Assembly (NCBI GenBank): GCA_002329295.1
Contig: DCTT01000026.1
Location: 348,054 to 406,857, forward strand
Length of the DNA: 58,804 nt
Origin: Eubacteriaceae bacterium UBA1433
GTDB lineage: Bacteria; Bacillota; Clostridia; Eubacteriales; UBA1433
Direction: 5' to 3'
Shown piece after piece: positions 23,259-33,486 of the stretch. The translations under genes and the position numbers were made by a program. Position 1 is the first letter of the stretch. Every line of letters begins with the position of its first letter. A model generated the notes under the pieces. The model was not told the origin of the DNA. It made no database searches and worked only from the letters and a program-made list of their open reading frames with translations.

Positions 23259-23813
23259 TTAGCGAAGAGATCTCTTTGCGGCAATTAAAATATCTTTACG
23301 ATAAGGCTCAATATCGGCATCTAAACGCAAACCCAGTTTCGGCATTCGTACAAAGTCAACCATTTCCGCATTCAAATCCTGCACATAAAATTCCAACACA
23401 TCTTGAAAAGACCGATATTGATTATTATACTGTCCCGCTCCTGGTGCGAGTACAACCATCTTTTTTGTTTGCGGGTTTTGCATTTTGATCTTTTTGCTGT
23501 AATGTAAAGCAATAGAACGATCAATGACTGTTTTTAACACGGACGTCACCGTATTATAATACACCGGCGCACCCAGCACAATAATATTGGCCGGAATATA
23601 GGCATTGACCAACTTTTCCATATCATCCTTTTGAATGCAATTGCCTTGCGACTGACGACAAAACATGCAGCCTCTGCAGTAAGCAATCTCCAGGTCAATC
23701 AAATCTATGCGCTCTACTTGCGCCGCGCCGATTCCTTCCAAAAAAATATCCAGCGCTCGTTTGGTACAGCCGTTTTTTCGATGGCTGCTGTTGATAGCTA
23801 ATACGTTCGTCAT
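23259..23813 (-). CDS. Iron-sulfur flavoprotein / NADPH-dependent FMN reductase family
   Basis: INSSHRKNGCT FMN loop; CRGCMFC..C cluster motif; GAPVY. Confidence 0.85.
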   Translation of the reverse strand: MTNVLAINSSHRKNGCTKRALDIFLEGIGAAQVERIDLIDLEIAYCRGCMFCRQSQGNCIQKDDMEKLVNAYIPANIIVLGAPVYYNTVTSVLKTVIDRSIALHYSKKIKMQNPQTKKMVVLAPGAGQYNNQYRSFQDVLEFYVQDLNAEMVDFVRMPKLGLRLDADIEPYRKDILIAAKRSLR

Positions 23814-23831
23814 TTTTCTCACCTGCTTTTT

Positions 23832-24665
23832 TTATGATCGATAATGTTGTTTCAGCAATTCGATTTCCGCCGCATATCCCGCTTCGTCATTGGGCGTTTC
23901 CAGCACTTTCACCAACGGGCGAACCACCGGGTGATTGACAAAGGCGACAATCGCCTCCAAACCAATGGTCCCTTCGCCGATTTTTGCATGACGGTCTTTT
24001 TTTGCCCCCAAAGGATGCATGCTGTCATTAATGTGCACCGCTTTGAGATAGTTGAACCCTACAACGCGATCAAATTCTTCAAATACGTCGTCTAAACGAT
24101 TCACGATATCGTAACCCGCCGAATACATATGGCATGTGTCCAAACACACTCCCATCCGGCTTTGATCGACAACTCCGTCAAGAATAAGGCGCAATTCTTC
24201 AAACGTCGCGCCCACTTCGCTGCCTTTACCTGACATGCCTTCCAGCAAAATTAAGTTGTCAATTCCATCTTCTATCGCAACATTGATGGTAGCGGTAATA
24301 AAATCAACGGCCTCCTCCAAAGGCATGTCCTTTCGACTTCCCGGATGAAACACATAATAGCTCGGCGGCATTTTTTTTAATCGTTGCAAATCTTCCCGAA
24401 AAATCATGTCGCCAAATTCACGCACATGCTGCTGCACCGAACACAGATTGAGCGTGTAAGGCGCATGCGCAATCAACGGCACAAAATCATGCTCCTGTAA
24501 GATTTTTGTTGCCTGAGCAATGTCGTGTTCATCTATTTCTTTTGCCGCGCCTCCACGGGGATTGCGCGAAAAATATTGAAAAGTTTTTGCCTTCATCTCC
24601 ACCGCTACCTGCGCAGCTTTTTCAAAACCTCCGGCAATAGAAATATGAGCCCCTATGTTCAGCAT
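23832..24665 (-). CDS. nfo: Endonuclease IV (AP endonuclease)
   Basis: HAPY, HPG, LEGMSGKGSE, DTCH, HIND, DRH, ETP zinc-ligand motifs. Confidence 0.95.
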   Translation of the reverse strand: MLNIGAHISIAGGFEKAAQVAVEMKAKTFQYFSRNPRGGAAKEIDEHDIAQATKILQEHDFVPLIAHAPYTLNLCSVQQHVREFGDMIFREDLQRLKKMPPSYYVFHPGSRKDMPLEEAVDFITATINVAIEDGIDNLILLEGMSGKGSEVGATFEELRLILDGVVDQSRMGVCLDTCHMYSAGYDIVNRLDDVFEEFDRVVGFNYLKAVHINDSMHPLGAKKDRHAKIGEGTIGLEAIVAFVNHPVVRPLVKVLETPNDEAGYAAEIELLKQHYRS

Positions 24666-24799
24666 GCAATGTTCTCTCCTGTCCGTTTTGTTGTACTCTA
24701 TTTTTATTCGCGATAGATTTTTCCTTGTCTATCGCTTGTTCTTTTTTCCATTATCTATTATATTATACTGTATATTCATGAAAACAACGAGGTTTTTTT

Positions 24800-25477
24800 A
24801 TGTCTGTGCATTTTCAAAACGATTGGAACCACTTATTGGCAGATGAATTTAAAAAAGAATACTATTTAAAGCTGCGTGCTTTTTTGGCGCAGGAATATCG
24901 AACCCACACCGTCTATCCGGATATGTATGATATTTTTAACGCTTTGCATCTTACTTCTTACAGCGACACCAAAGTCGTCATCATCGGCCAAGACCCTTAT
25001 CATCAGCCCAATCAAGCCCACGGACTATGTTTTTCCGTAAAAGAAGGGGTAGAAATTCCTCCTTCTTTGCAAAACATCTATAAAGAACTGCAAAACGACC
25101 TGGGCTGCTATATCCCCAATAACGGCACGTTGATTCCGTGGGCGAAACAGGGTGTGCTGTTGCTCAATGCCGTGCTTACGGTCCGGGCTCACCAAGCGGC
25201 TTCTCACCGCATGATGGGATGGGAAAGTTTTACAGATAATGTAATTTTTTTGTTGAGCCGTTCCCCGAATCCAATTGTATTTTTGCTTTGGGGCGCCTTT
25301 GCCCAATCCAAGGCCTCCTTTATTACCGCACCTCATCACCTCGTGCTCAAAGCGCCGCATCCCAGTCCGCTTTCAGCCTATCGCGGCTTTTTTGGCTGCA
25401 AACACTTTTCAAAAGCCAATGCCTTTTTGTCGCAAGCAGGCCTCAAACCCATTGACTGGCAAATCCCCAATCTTTAA
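24800..25477 (+). CDS. ung: Uracil-DNA glycosylase, family 1
   Basis: [35 protein letters not shown]. Confidence 0.98.
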   Translation: MSVHFQNDWNHLLADEFKKEYYLKLRAFLAQEYRTHTVYPDMYDIFNALHLTSYSDTKVVIIGQDPYHQPNQAHGLCFSVKEGVEIPPSLQNIYKELQNDLGCYIPNNGTLIPWAKQGVLLLNAVLTVRAHQAASHRMMGWESFTDNVIFLLSRSPNPIVFLLWGAFAQSKASFITAPHHLVLKAPHPSPLSAYRGFFGCKHFSKANAFLSQAGLKPIDWQIPNL

Positions 25478-26844
25478 AACGTCCCTTTTACAAGGTTTTT
25501 AATCCACTTTTTTGTCTTATAACGCGAAATCAAAAAAATCAGTTTTATTCCATGCTCGGCAAAAGTCAAAGCCATCACCCAATGAATCGGCAAGCGCAAA
25601 ACCGCTGCCGCAAAAAATGCTACCGGAACAGCATATCCCCAAATCGTAATCAATTCCAGAACCATACAAAATTTTGTGTCGCCGCCCGCTCTCAAAATCC
25701 CGATTAACAGCAGATAACTGAGCATAGAAAGCGGAATATACGCTCCCAACACAAAAAGAATGTTGTAAATGGATTGTATTGTTGCCACTTCCAGATCAAA
25801 GAATCCCACCACGGGTTTCCTCAACAAAATCAATAATGAACCCATGACGATTCCGAAAATCAACATCACCATGATATATTTTTGCGCATATTTTTCGGTA
25901 AGCGCATAATTTTCTCTACCCATTTCATTGCCCAACATCACTGCACAAGCATTACCTATTCCGAAAAAGGCTGCTTCAAAAACCCCTAAAACCGTCATAG
26001 ACACTTGCACGGCCGCCACAGCACTCGCCCCTAACAGCCCATAGGCAACATAAGTAATGGTCATTCCCAAAGACCATATCATTTCGTTCATCATGACCGG
26101 CAAGGCTACTTTCAATTTTTGTCGCAGCATCTTTTTTGTCCAGCAAAACAAATCCTTCGCTTGAAAAGCAAGGATATTGTTTTTTCTCTTTGTCAAATAA
26201 AGCAGAAAACAAATACATTCAACGACCCGCGCCACCAACGTGGCTCGTGCCGCTCCCTCCACGCCCATGGGTTCAAAGCCCAGGTGACCGAAAATCCAAA
26301 TATAGTTCAATAGCGTGTTGATTAAAACACAGTTTGCATTGATTAAAAGCGGCATTTTTACATTGCCGACAGATCGCATGGTAAAGGAAACCGCAAAAGA
26401 AACCGCCGTAAAAAAATAACTGTACGCCACAATGCGAAGATAACGACTCCCCAATTCAATGACCGCTGTATCTTTGATAAAAAATGAAATCAATTTCCCA
26501 GGAAATGTGCTTGCCGCCACCAAAAAAACGAACGCCACCCCCGCACCTAAGACCAACTCCATTCCCAACATGTTTTTCACATTCTTGAGATCTTTGTTGC
26601 CCCAATATTGCGCAGTAAATACGCTCATACCGCTATAAATGCCAAAGATGATGATTGCGAAGAAAAAATAAACACGATTGCCGATTCCAACCGCTGCCAC
26701 CGCCGTTTCGCCATAAGAGCCGATCATAACGGTATCGATCATATTGAGCGAAAGCGAAATCAAATTCTGCAGCGCAATCGGTATAGCCAACGCCAACATC
26801 ACGGAATAAAATGTTTTTTTGTCATAATACAAAGAAGATTGCAT
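25474..26844 (-). CDS. MATE family efflux transporter
   Basis: About 12 TM segments; [33 protein letters not shown] repeats. Confidence 0.93.
   Translation of the reverse strand: MQSSLYYDKKTFYSVMLALAIPIALQNLISLSLNMIDTVMIGSYGETAVAAVGIGNRVYFFFAIIIFGIYSGMSVFTAQYWGNKDLKNVKNMLGMELVLGAGVAFVFLVAASTFPGKLISFFIKDTAVIELGSRYLRIVAYSYFFTAVSFAVSFTMRSVGNVKMPLLINANCVLINTLLNYIWIFGHLGFEPMGVEGAARATLVARVVECICFLLYLTKRKNNILAFQAKDLFCWTKKMLRQKLKVALPVMMNEMIWSLGMTITYVAYGLLGASAVAAVQVSMTVLGVFEAAFFGIGNACAVMLGNEMGRENYALTEKYAQKYIMVMLIFGIVMGSLLILLRKPVVGFFDLEVATIQSIYNILFVLGAYIPLSMLSYLLLIGILRAGGDTKFCMVLELITIWGYAVPVAFFAAAVLRLPIHWVMALTFAEHGIKLIFLISRYKTKKWIKNLVKGTF
26493..26506. promoter_or_regulatory. NBS-like site (1 mismatch) inside the MATE gene
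   Basis: ATTTCCCAGGAAAT versus consensus ATTTCCCGGGAAAT. Confidence 0.6.
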
Positions 26845-26918
26845 ACTTTGTTCCTAACGGGATAACATACGACCTTTCTGCCGAGGCGGTTGTCTCATTT
26901 TAAATGTTCTCTTTGATA

Positions 26919-27392
26919 TTAAGATGTTCTCTTTTTTGCACCCTTATGATATTTTTCGTTATTCATAATCGTAAAGGCTCGATAAATCTGTTCCAATAAC
27001 ACTACGCGAAAAAGCTGATGGGGAAATGTCATTTCCGAAAACGATATTCGCAGGTCGGCTCTTTTCTTAACATCCGCACTCAATCCGTTGGAACCGCCAA
27101 CAACAAAAACAATTTCCTTGCCGTATTCTTCTATTATCTTTTGCAGCAAACCGGCCCATGCCGCACTGTCCAAACTTTGCCCATCCACATCACAGGCGAT
27201 GACATAGGCTCGAGAAGATATTTTTTTTAAAAGCAGCTTTCCTTCTTCCACAGGATCATCCGTAACCGACTCTTTACTTTCCACTATCGTCAGTTCACAA
27301 TACCTGCGTAATCGCTTTTCATATTCCGCGCAAGCCTGTGACCAATATTTTTCTTTTAATTTGCCTACACAAAGAAGGGTAATTTTTGCCAT
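26919..27392 (-). CDS. rlmH: 23S rRNA m3-pseudouridine-1915 methyltransferase
   Basis: ITLLCVGKLKE, FVVGGSNG, SFSEMTFPHQLFRVVLLEQIYRA..YHK. Confidence 0.96.
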   Translation of the reverse strand: MAKITLLCVGKLKEKYWSQACAEYEKRLRRYCELTIVESKESVTDDPVEEGKLLLKKISSRAYVIACDVDGQSLDSAAWAGLLQKIIEEYGKEIVFVVGGSNGLSADVKKRADLRISFSEMTFPHQLFRVVLLEQIYRAFTIMNNEKYHKGAKKRTS

Positions 27393-27466
27393 ACCGCACT
27401 TGACCTTTCCAAAAATCCCTTTCCATTTAAGCACTGTTATCCGTCTTTGTCAAACAGCTTTTCTCG

Positions 27467-27482
27467 TGTTTCACGTGAAACA
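27467..27482. promoter_or_regulatory. parS centromere site 1
   Basis: Perfect palindrome TGTTTCACGTGAAACA. Confidence 0.95.
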
Positions 27483-27492
27483 TTTTGTTTCC

Positions 27493-27508
27493 TGTTTCAC
27501 GTGAAACA
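27493..27508. promoter_or_regulatory. parS centromere site 2
   Basis: Perfect palindrome TGTTTCACGTGAAACA, 10 bp from site 1. Confidence 0.95.
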
Positions 27509-27540
27509 TCAAAAATATAGTTTCTTTTTCTAACCGATAG

Positions 27541-27549
27541 TGATAAAAT
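27541..27549 (+). promoter_or_regulatory. Extended -10 promoter candidate for parA
   Basis: TGaTAAAAT about 30 nt upstream of the parA start; -35 is weak. Confidence 0.4.
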
Positions 27550-27578
27550 AGACACATCGCAAAATAGCGGAGGAAATG

Positions 27579-28355
27579 ATGGCAAAGATTTATTGCGTTT
27601 TTAACCAAAAAGGCGGCGTCGGAAAAACCGCCACTACTACCAATCTGGGAGCGGGCATTGCAAAATTAGGCAAAAAAGTACTCGTTGTAGATGCCGATTC
27701 ACAAGGCAATCTTACTACAGGACTCAATATAAAGGCTGACAGAGGCGTCCACACGCTCTACGATGTGTTGTGCGGCCAGTTGGACGTTCAAAGAGCGGTG
27801 TTTCCCACCGCTTATACCAATTTAATGCTGATTCCCGCCAACGCTCGGTTGGCAGGGGCCGAGATAGAGTTGGTCGGTGTCCCTCAGCGTGAACTGGTAT
27901 TGAAAAAAAACCTGTCTTCTCTGCGCGATTCTTTTGATTATATTTTTATCGATTGCCCGCCTTCTTTGGGGTTGATTTCCATCAACTCTTTGGCTGCTTC
28001 TGACGGCATTATCGTACCTATTCAATGCGAGTATTACGCCTTGGAAGGTGTAAGCAACTTAATTAACACCATCAATCTTGTAAAGCGTGGGTTAAACCCT
28101 TCTTTGGATATTGTCGGGATTGTTTTAACCATGTATGACAGTCGCACAAACCTGTCATTACAAGTTGCCGCCGAAGTAAAGCGCTATTTTCGTGAAAAAG
28201 TGTTCAATACCATCATTCCCCGCAATGTAAAAATTGCCGAATCTCCCAGCTTTGGCAAACCGGTCATTTACTACGATGAATCTTCTTCCGGCGCCAAGGC
28301 CTACATGTCTTTGGCACAAGAATTGTTGGAAGGGGAACATGCTTATGAAACCTAA
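27579..28355 (+). CDS. parA: ParA/Soj ATPase
   Basis: NQKGGVGKTATT deviant Walker A, DADSQGN, DCPPSLG, QCEYYALEG, IPRNVKIAESPS. Confidence 0.97.
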   Translation: MAKIYCVFNQKGGVGKTATTTNLGAGIAKLGKKVLVVDADSQGNLTTGLNIKADRGVHTLYDVLCGQLDVQRAVFPTAYTNLMLIPANARLAGAEIELVGVPQRELVLKKNLSSLRDSFDYIFIDCPPSLGLISINSLAASDGIIVPIQCEYYALEGVSNLINTINLVKRGLNPSLDIVGIVLTMYDSRTNLSLQVAAEVKRYFREKVFNTIIPRNVKIAESPSFGKPVIYYDESSSGAKAYMSLAQELLEGEHAYET

Positions 28356-29208
28356 TTCTGTTTTAGGCAAAGGCTTGGATGCGCTGATTCCTTATTATGC
28401 CCACGAAACCGAAATGGATGAGGTCAGCGCCGTCCAAGAGTTGCCCATAGAAAAAATAAAACCCAATCCGAACCAACCCCGAAAAATATTTACAGAAGAC
28501 ACTTTGGCGGAATTAAGCCAATCAATTCAAGCTCACGGTATTCTTCAGCCTTTGATTGTCGTGGATCGCGACGACGAAACCTATATGATTGTTGCAGGAG
28601 AGCGTCGTTGGCGTGCCGCTTCCATGGCAAACCTCAAAACCGTACCTGTGATTGTTCGTTCTTACAGCGACGAAGAAGTGCTGGCTATTTCTTTGGTGGA
28701 AAATTTGCAACGCGAAAATTTACATGATTTAGAAAAAGCCTCTACGTACCAAATGTTAATTGATCAATTTCAACTCACCCACGAATCCCTGGCTGCAACA
28801 CTGGGCATCAGCCGGGCAGCAGTAACCAACACGCTGCGCCTTTTAAGTCTATCACAGGAAGAACAAGACGCATTGCTCAAAGAACAAATCACCGCCGGTC
28901 ACGCCCGCGCATTGCTTTCATTGCCTTTGGGCCCATTGCGTACCAAAGCGCTCAACACTATGATGAAAAAACGCCTTTCTGTGCGAGATGCAGAAACTTT
29001 GGTGCGCAATTTAAGCAAACCCGCTGCCGTTGCTCCTTTAACCAAAGAAAGCAACCATGCGGCGCTGGAGACAGAGTTGTCCGCCCTTCTGGGTCGCAAG
29101 GTGCTCATTCACCCCCGTGGCAAACGCGGCAACATTCTTTTAGAATATTATGACGCAAACGATAGAGAACACTTGATTGACGCATTAAAAAAACTGGCTG
29201 AAGGCTAA
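28345..29208 (+). CDS. parB: ParB/Spo0J CTP-dependent clamp
   Basis: LGKGLDAL, PNQPRK, IVAGERRWRA, ENLQRE; HTH specificity residues R/T/S/G (parS type). Start ATG 28345 overlaps the parA end. Confidence 0.97.
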   Translation: MKPNSVLGKGLDALIPYYAHETEMDEVSAVQELPIEKIKPNPNQPRKIFTEDTLAELSQSIQAHGILQPLIVVDRDDETYMIVAGERRWRAASMANLKTVPVIVRSYSDEEVLAISLVENLQRENLHDLEKASTYQMLIDQFQLTHESLAATLGISRAAVTNTLRLLSLSQEEQDALLKEQITAGHARALLSLPLGPLRTKALNTMMKKRLSVRDAETLVRNLSKPAAVAPLTKESNHAALETELSALLGRKVLIHPRGKRGNILLEYYDANDREHLIDALKKLAEG

Positions 29209-29232
29209 CTTCTTCATCAAAGGAGATCTTTT

Positions 29233-30330
29233 ATGACGAAAAAAAACAAAACTGCTTCCATGTTATCACTCGCTTTAATCGGAAATATTTTTTATTATAT
29301 ATTGTGCGCCATATTGTTCCAGCTTTCGCCTGCATCTAAGGCGGTCTACATCTTGTTTTTTATATGTTCCATTCTATTATGGTTTGGCATTGGCGCATAT
29401 TATGGAACATATGCTCGAAAAACCAATATTGGCAAACAATTCATTTTTGCACTGGTGACCATGGTTCCGATTCTTTTATTTTTCATAACTTATGTTGTGC
29501 TCACCCGTTTATCGAGCTCTGTAACAGGCAATCCCTGGCTTTTATTTTATACTTTCGGTGCACCGCTCTTGTTTTGGTTGAAACCTGCAACATTTTTGCT
29601 GCATTCTTTTAATATTTCTTTCCCGCTTTTTGCTGCAGGCTACATTCTTTTGTTATTGTTGACCACTTTTGCCGGCACGGCTCTTTTTGCCTTGAAGCAA
29701 CACAAAGAAACGTTTTTGCCTATTGAATCGGAAGAAATACCGGAAAAAGATACCAGTGTCCCCGCTGACGATTCCCTGCAAAATATCCCGGAAGTTGCAG
29801 AGCCTTTCGAAAACGAAGTACCGCAAAAAACCGCGATGCTAAGCCAAGAAGATACGAAAGCTGCAGAAGAAGAGCGTCAGGATATTTTGCGTTTTATCAA
29901 AGATACAAACAATGCAGAAGATATGACGGGCGCTGAAAACGTCATTGAGCAGCAATATGAAGAAAGCCAATACCGCATTGACGGGCAAGGAGACACATAC
30001 AAAACCATGCCTATGCCCACCATTGACGAACTGTATGCCGAAGTCCTCAGTCAAAAAGATTTGGAACCCGAAGACGAAACCGCCCTCTACATGCAGGAAA
30101 TCATCACCGATATGCATTTTGTGGCAGAATACGAATTAACGGATGAATCTGTCACAGAACAGGAAACGGCAGAAAGCATTGTCGATGACACGGCTTCCTC
30201 ATCACAGGCAACGACCCTCGTTGAAGAAGAATCCACCGACCGAACCAACACAAATGGTGCAGACAACGCAAAAGCCCATTCTGAAATCTCTTTGCCTGAA
30301 CAAAAAGAAAACGACGCTGACAACTCCTGA
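29233..30330 (+). CDS. Hypothetical membrane protein: 4-5 TM N-terminus and long acidic low-complexity C-terminus
   Basis: AAGGAG RBS; 365-aa ORF; hydrophobic first ~150 aa, D/E-rich remainder; no family recognised. Confidence 0.8.
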   Translation: MTKKNKTASMLSLALIGNIFYYILCAILFQLSPASKAVYILFFICSILLWFGIGAYYGTYARKTNIGKQFIFALVTMVPILLFFITYVVLTRLSSSVTGNPWLLFYTFGAPLLFWLKPATFLLHSFNISFPLFAAGYILLLLLTTFAGTALFALKQHKETFLPIESEEIPEKDTSVPADDSLQNIPEVAEPFENEVPQKTAMLSQEDTKAAEEERQDILRFIKDTNNAEDMTGAENVIEQQYEESQYRIDGQGDTYKTMPMPTIDELYAEVLSQKDLEPEDETALYMQEIITDMHFVAEYELTDESVTEQETAESIVDDTASSSQATTLVEEESTDRTNTNGADNAKAHSEISLPEQKENDADNS

Positions 30331-30392
30331 AAAAAGTCGCCTTTTCCCAGATTTTTACATAAAAAGAAAGATCCTTGAGGAGGTGTAAATAC

Positions 30393-31019
30393 ATGAACGC
30401 AATTGATATCGCTATTTTGGTAGTAGTTCTTTTGTTTGGACTGATGGGATTTCGTCACGGTCTTGTAAAAAGCGTCTTGTCTTTTGCAGGCGCCATCATT
30501 GCCTTTATCGTTGCAAAAATATTTTATGTTTCTTTTGCTTTGACCTTAACAACAAAGACCAATTGGGACACGAAAATTTCTGCTTGGATCTATGAACGAC
30601 TGCTGAACACTTTTCCGTCAGGCAATGTCACACTCAGTGAAACATCCAGCTCTTTTCAGTGGTTTTTTTCCAAACTTTTCAACGAAAGTGCTTCACACAG
30701 CACGATACAAACTCTTTCAAACAGCGTTTCTCATTTTGTAATGAACGTTCTCGCCTTTGTCATCATTTTTTTAGCTATGCTTCTTATCATTGCTCTACTG
30801 GGCTTTGTGCTTGACCGCGTGATGAAATTGCCCGGCCTGAGCTTTTTGAACAAGTTAGGCGGTTTTGGCATCGGCCTTGCAAAAGGTGTGTTGATTTGTG
30901 CCGTTTTTATCAGTTTGATTACCTTTTTCTCTCTCTTTTCCAAAAATGCCGCCTTCTCTGAGATGTTTGCCAATTCTGTTTTTGCAAAATATCTCTATAT
31001 CGGCCGTTGGTTAATGTAG
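30393..31019 (+). CDS. CvpA (colicin V production) family membrane protein
   Basis: IDIAIL..G..GF.HGLVKSVLSF and LNKLGGFGIGLAKG signature; GAGGAGGTG RBS. Confidence 0.85.
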   Translation: MNAIDIAILVVVLLFGLMGFRHGLVKSVLSFAGAIIAFIVAKIFYVSFALTLTTKTNWDTKISAWIYERLLNTFPSGNVTLSETSSSFQWFFSKLFNESASHSTIQTLSNSVSHFVMNVLAFVIIFLAMLLIIALLGFVLDRVMKLPGLSFLNKLGGFGIGLAKGVLICAVFISLITFFSLFSKNAAFSEMFANSVFAKYLYIGRWLM

Positions 31020-31028
31020 GAGTGCGCC

Positions 31029-31265
31029 ATGGCCATCGAAACTTTTGGACTGGGCGATATTGTACAAACAAAAAAACCGCACCCTTGCGGGTGCGATCAA
31101 TGGAAAATTTTGCGCATTGGCGTTGATGTAAAACTACAATGCCTACGCTGTGAACGGGTGGTTGTGTTGGAGCGAGTCATCTTTAAGAAAAAAGCAAAAA
31201 AAATCGTACAGCGTGCCACTGTATCAGAAGAAGATTCACTTTCTGCTTACTGGTATGATACATAG
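31029..31265 (+). CDS. DUF951 family protein
   Basis: GDIVQTKKPHPCG..W.ILRIGVDVKLQC..C.R motif; usual neighbour of rpsF. Confidence 0.9.
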   Translation: MAIETFGLGDIVQTKKPHPCGCDQWKILRIGVDVKLQCLRCERVVVLERVIFKKKAKKIVQRATVSEEDSLSAYWYDT

Positions 31266-31278
31266 AAATGAAAACACC

Positions 31279-32253
31279 ATGAAAGAACTGCCACAAACAT
31301 TTAATTGCAAACACTTTAAACAGGAAATCAATCGCATTGCACTTATTCTCATTTGTTATGAAGCTGTTTTTTTGATATTTGCCATTGTTTTCACAATTTT
31401 GTTGGGAATATGGCAGGGACTATCGATTATACCAGAGGCAAGCTCCCTGGATTCTTTTAATGCAGACAACCTCGCTGCAAACGGATGGCCTTATCTGCTC
31501 AGCACCCTTATCGCTACAGGAACGGCCATTGCATTCCGCAAACAACATGTCCTTCGCAAAGATCTTTCCTGTCAACAAAAACCGATGCGCTTCTATGCTT
31601 TTTCGTTTTTTCTGGCTTTTATGATGGCGATACAATTATTCAATCAATTTTTTTCTGTTTCTATCGAATCTTTTTTAAATGTTTTCGGCTACAGCATGGC
31701 GGAAAGTATGGAAGCCTTAACAGAAATAGATGACACGGTTTCCATGTTTTTTTATGTGGTTTTCATTGGACCTGTAGCCGAAGAAATTATGTTTCGCGGC
31801 GTGGTGCTGCACTCACTGAAAAAATACGGCAAAATTTTTGCCGTCGTCATCTCCTCCTTGGCTTTTGGACTTATGCACGGCAATTTATATCAGCTTTTAT
31901 TTGCTTTTGGCATAGGCTTAATGCTGGCCTATATAACTCTTGAATATTCATTCAAGTGGGCTGTTGTACTGCATATTTTGAACAACTTGATTTTTGGCGA
32001 ATTTATACTTTTTCTTACCAAGCGCTTTTCTGAAACCGTCATCGCCCGCTTTCAGTTTTTTTTCTATACAATCTTTTTTATTTTCGTCCTCATTGTTCTT
32101 TTTCAGAAGTTTCCCGCTATTCGAGCCTACTTTCGACAACATCGCACTGCAAAAGGACAATATGCACTCACTTTCAAATCGATTCTTCCACTCGTTTATT
32201 TTGCTGTCAATCTGCTTTTGATTCGACTTAGCATTACAAAACTTGTTCTGTAA
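31279..32253 (+). CDS. CPBP (Abi/CAAX-like) intramembrane glutamic endopeptidase
   Basis: GPVAEEIMFRG, FGLMHGN, HILNN motifs; multi-TM. Confidence 0.9.
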   Translation: MKELPQTFNCKHFKQEINRIALILICYEAVFLIFAIVFTILLGIWQGLSIIPEASSLDSFNADNLAANGWPYLLSTLIATGTAIAFRKQHVLRKDLSCQQKPMRFYAFSFFLAFMMAIQLFNQFFSVSIESFLNVFGYSMAESMEALTEIDDTVSMFFYVVFIGPVAEEIMFRGVVLHSLKKYGKIFAVVISSLAFGLMHGNLYQLLFAFGIGLMLAYITLEYSFKWAVVLHILNNLIFGEFILFLTKRFSETVIARFQFFFYTIFFIFVLIVLFQKFPAIRAYFRQHRTAKGQYALTFKSILPLVYFAVNLLLIRLSITKLVL

Positions 32254-32386
32254 AGAAATATTTTTGATTTCACAATACCGCTATTGACAAAACAACTCAT
32301 TCGCTCTGCAGCAACTCTGCTCTTTTGAATAAAATATCAAAACCGTTTCATTTTCTTTATTGTTCATTTTATTTTTTAATATTTTA

Positions 32387-32415
32387 TTGATTTTTTCTTT
32401 CTGATTCAGTATAAT
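32387..32415 (+). promoter_or_regulatory. sigma-A promoter of rpsF-ssb-rpsR
   Basis: TTGATT-N17-TATAAT. Confidence 0.8.
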
Positions 32416-32426
32416 TAATTTTCGTA

Positions 32427-32470
32427 TCCTTGCTCTGAGCAAAACAGGGCCATTAGTCCATAAGGAGGTG
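32427..32470 (+). promoter_or_regulatory. S6:S18 ribosomal-protein autoregulatory leader
   Basis: UCCUU pairs with the AAGGA RBS; inner GCUCUG/CAGGGC hairpin; CCA in the 3' internal loop, matching the known Firmicute rpsF leader layout. Confidence 0.75.
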
Positions 32471-32475
32471 AACAA

Positions 32476-32766
32476 ATGAAAGCCTATGAAACAATCTTTG
32501 TTTTGACCCCGGATTCCGAAGAAGAACGCATTCAGGAATGTGTCGCGCGTGTCAGCGAAATCATTACCAGCGGTGGTGGTGAAGTGACAGAAGTGAACGA
32601 ATGGGGAAAAAGGCGTCTAGCCTATGAAGTAGCCAAAAAATATAACGAGGGCTACTATGTGCTGATTACATTTACAGGCAATGCAGCAATTTTGCAGGAA
32701 CTGACTCGTGTATACGGCATTACGGAAGACATTTTCAGACATATTGTTGTCGAAAAAGTGTCATAG
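32476..32766 (+). CDS. rpsF: 30S ribosomal protein S6
   Basis: MKAYETIFVL..EWGKRRLAYE..GYY. Confidence 0.98.
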   Translation: MKAYETIFVLTPDSEEERIQECVARVSEIITSGGGEVTEVNEWGKRRLAYEVAKKYNEGYYVLITFTGNAAILQELTRVYGITEDIFRHIVVEKVS

Positions 32767-32781
32767 AAAAGAGGTCTTACT

Positions 32782-33216
32782 ATGTTAAATAAAGTAGTGC
32801 TCATCGGAAGATTAACCCGCGATCCGGAAATTCGCTATACCGCCGCCAATACACCCGTGGCAAGCTTTACTTTGGCCGTGAACCGAAACTTTAAAAATAA
32901 AGAAGGCGGCTATGATGCTGACTTCATCAATATCACAGCTTGGCGCAGATTGGCTGAACTGATTTCCAATACTTTACAAAAGGGGAGCTTAATCGCTGTC
33001 ACAGGAAGAATCCAAACCAGTTCTTATGAAGCAAAAGACGGCACAAGGAGATATACCACTGACGTGGTTGCCGACGAAATTGCCTTCTTAGAGAAAAAAG
33101 GAACTTCTTCTGCCGATCGCAGCAGCGAACCGGCAATGTATGAAAAACAATCCGACGATTTTGGCATTCCCGTTGACGGGTTCAGTCCGATCGATGATGA
33201 CGACTTGCCATTCTAA
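32782..33216 (+). CDS. ssb: Single-stranded DNA-binding protein
   Basis: MLNKVVLIGRLTRDPE..DFINI..GRIQT; acidic tail DDDDLPF. Confidence 0.98.
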   Translation: MLNKVVLIGRLTRDPEIRYTAANTPVASFTLAVNRNFKNKEGGYDADFINITAWRRLAELISNTLQKGSLIAVTGRIQTSSYEAKDGTRRYTTDVVADEIAFLEKKGTSSADRSSEPAMYEKQSDDFGIPVDGFSPIDDDDLPF

Positions 33217-33248
33217 CTGATTGATATTCAAGAAAGGAGTGAGAAAAG

Positions 33249-33476
33249 ATGGGAAAACCACCTTTTAGACGAAGAAAAAAAGTTTGTGAATTTTGCGAAG
33301 CCAAAATTGAACATATCGACTATAAACAAGTTGACGTATTAAAAAGACACCTCACAGAAAGGGGAAAGATTCTTCCTCGCCGTGTAAAAGGCACCTGTGC
33401 AAAACATCAACGACAATTGACATCCGCCATTAAACTTGCACGCAACATTGCTCTTTTACCGTTTTCAAGCGACTAA
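33249..33476 (+). CDS. rpsR: 30S ribosomal protein S18 (zinc-binding type)
   Basis: [31 protein letters not shown]. Confidence 0.98.
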   Translation: MGKPPFRRRKKVCEFCEAKIEHIDYKQVDVLKRHLTERGKILPRRVKGTCAKHQRQLTSAIKLARNIALLPFSSD

Positions 33477-33486
33477 ATTATGAAAG

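Noticed and set aside
25474-25477. ung and MATE share overlapping stop codons (TTAA)
   Set aside because: A common compact convergent arrangement with no further signal.
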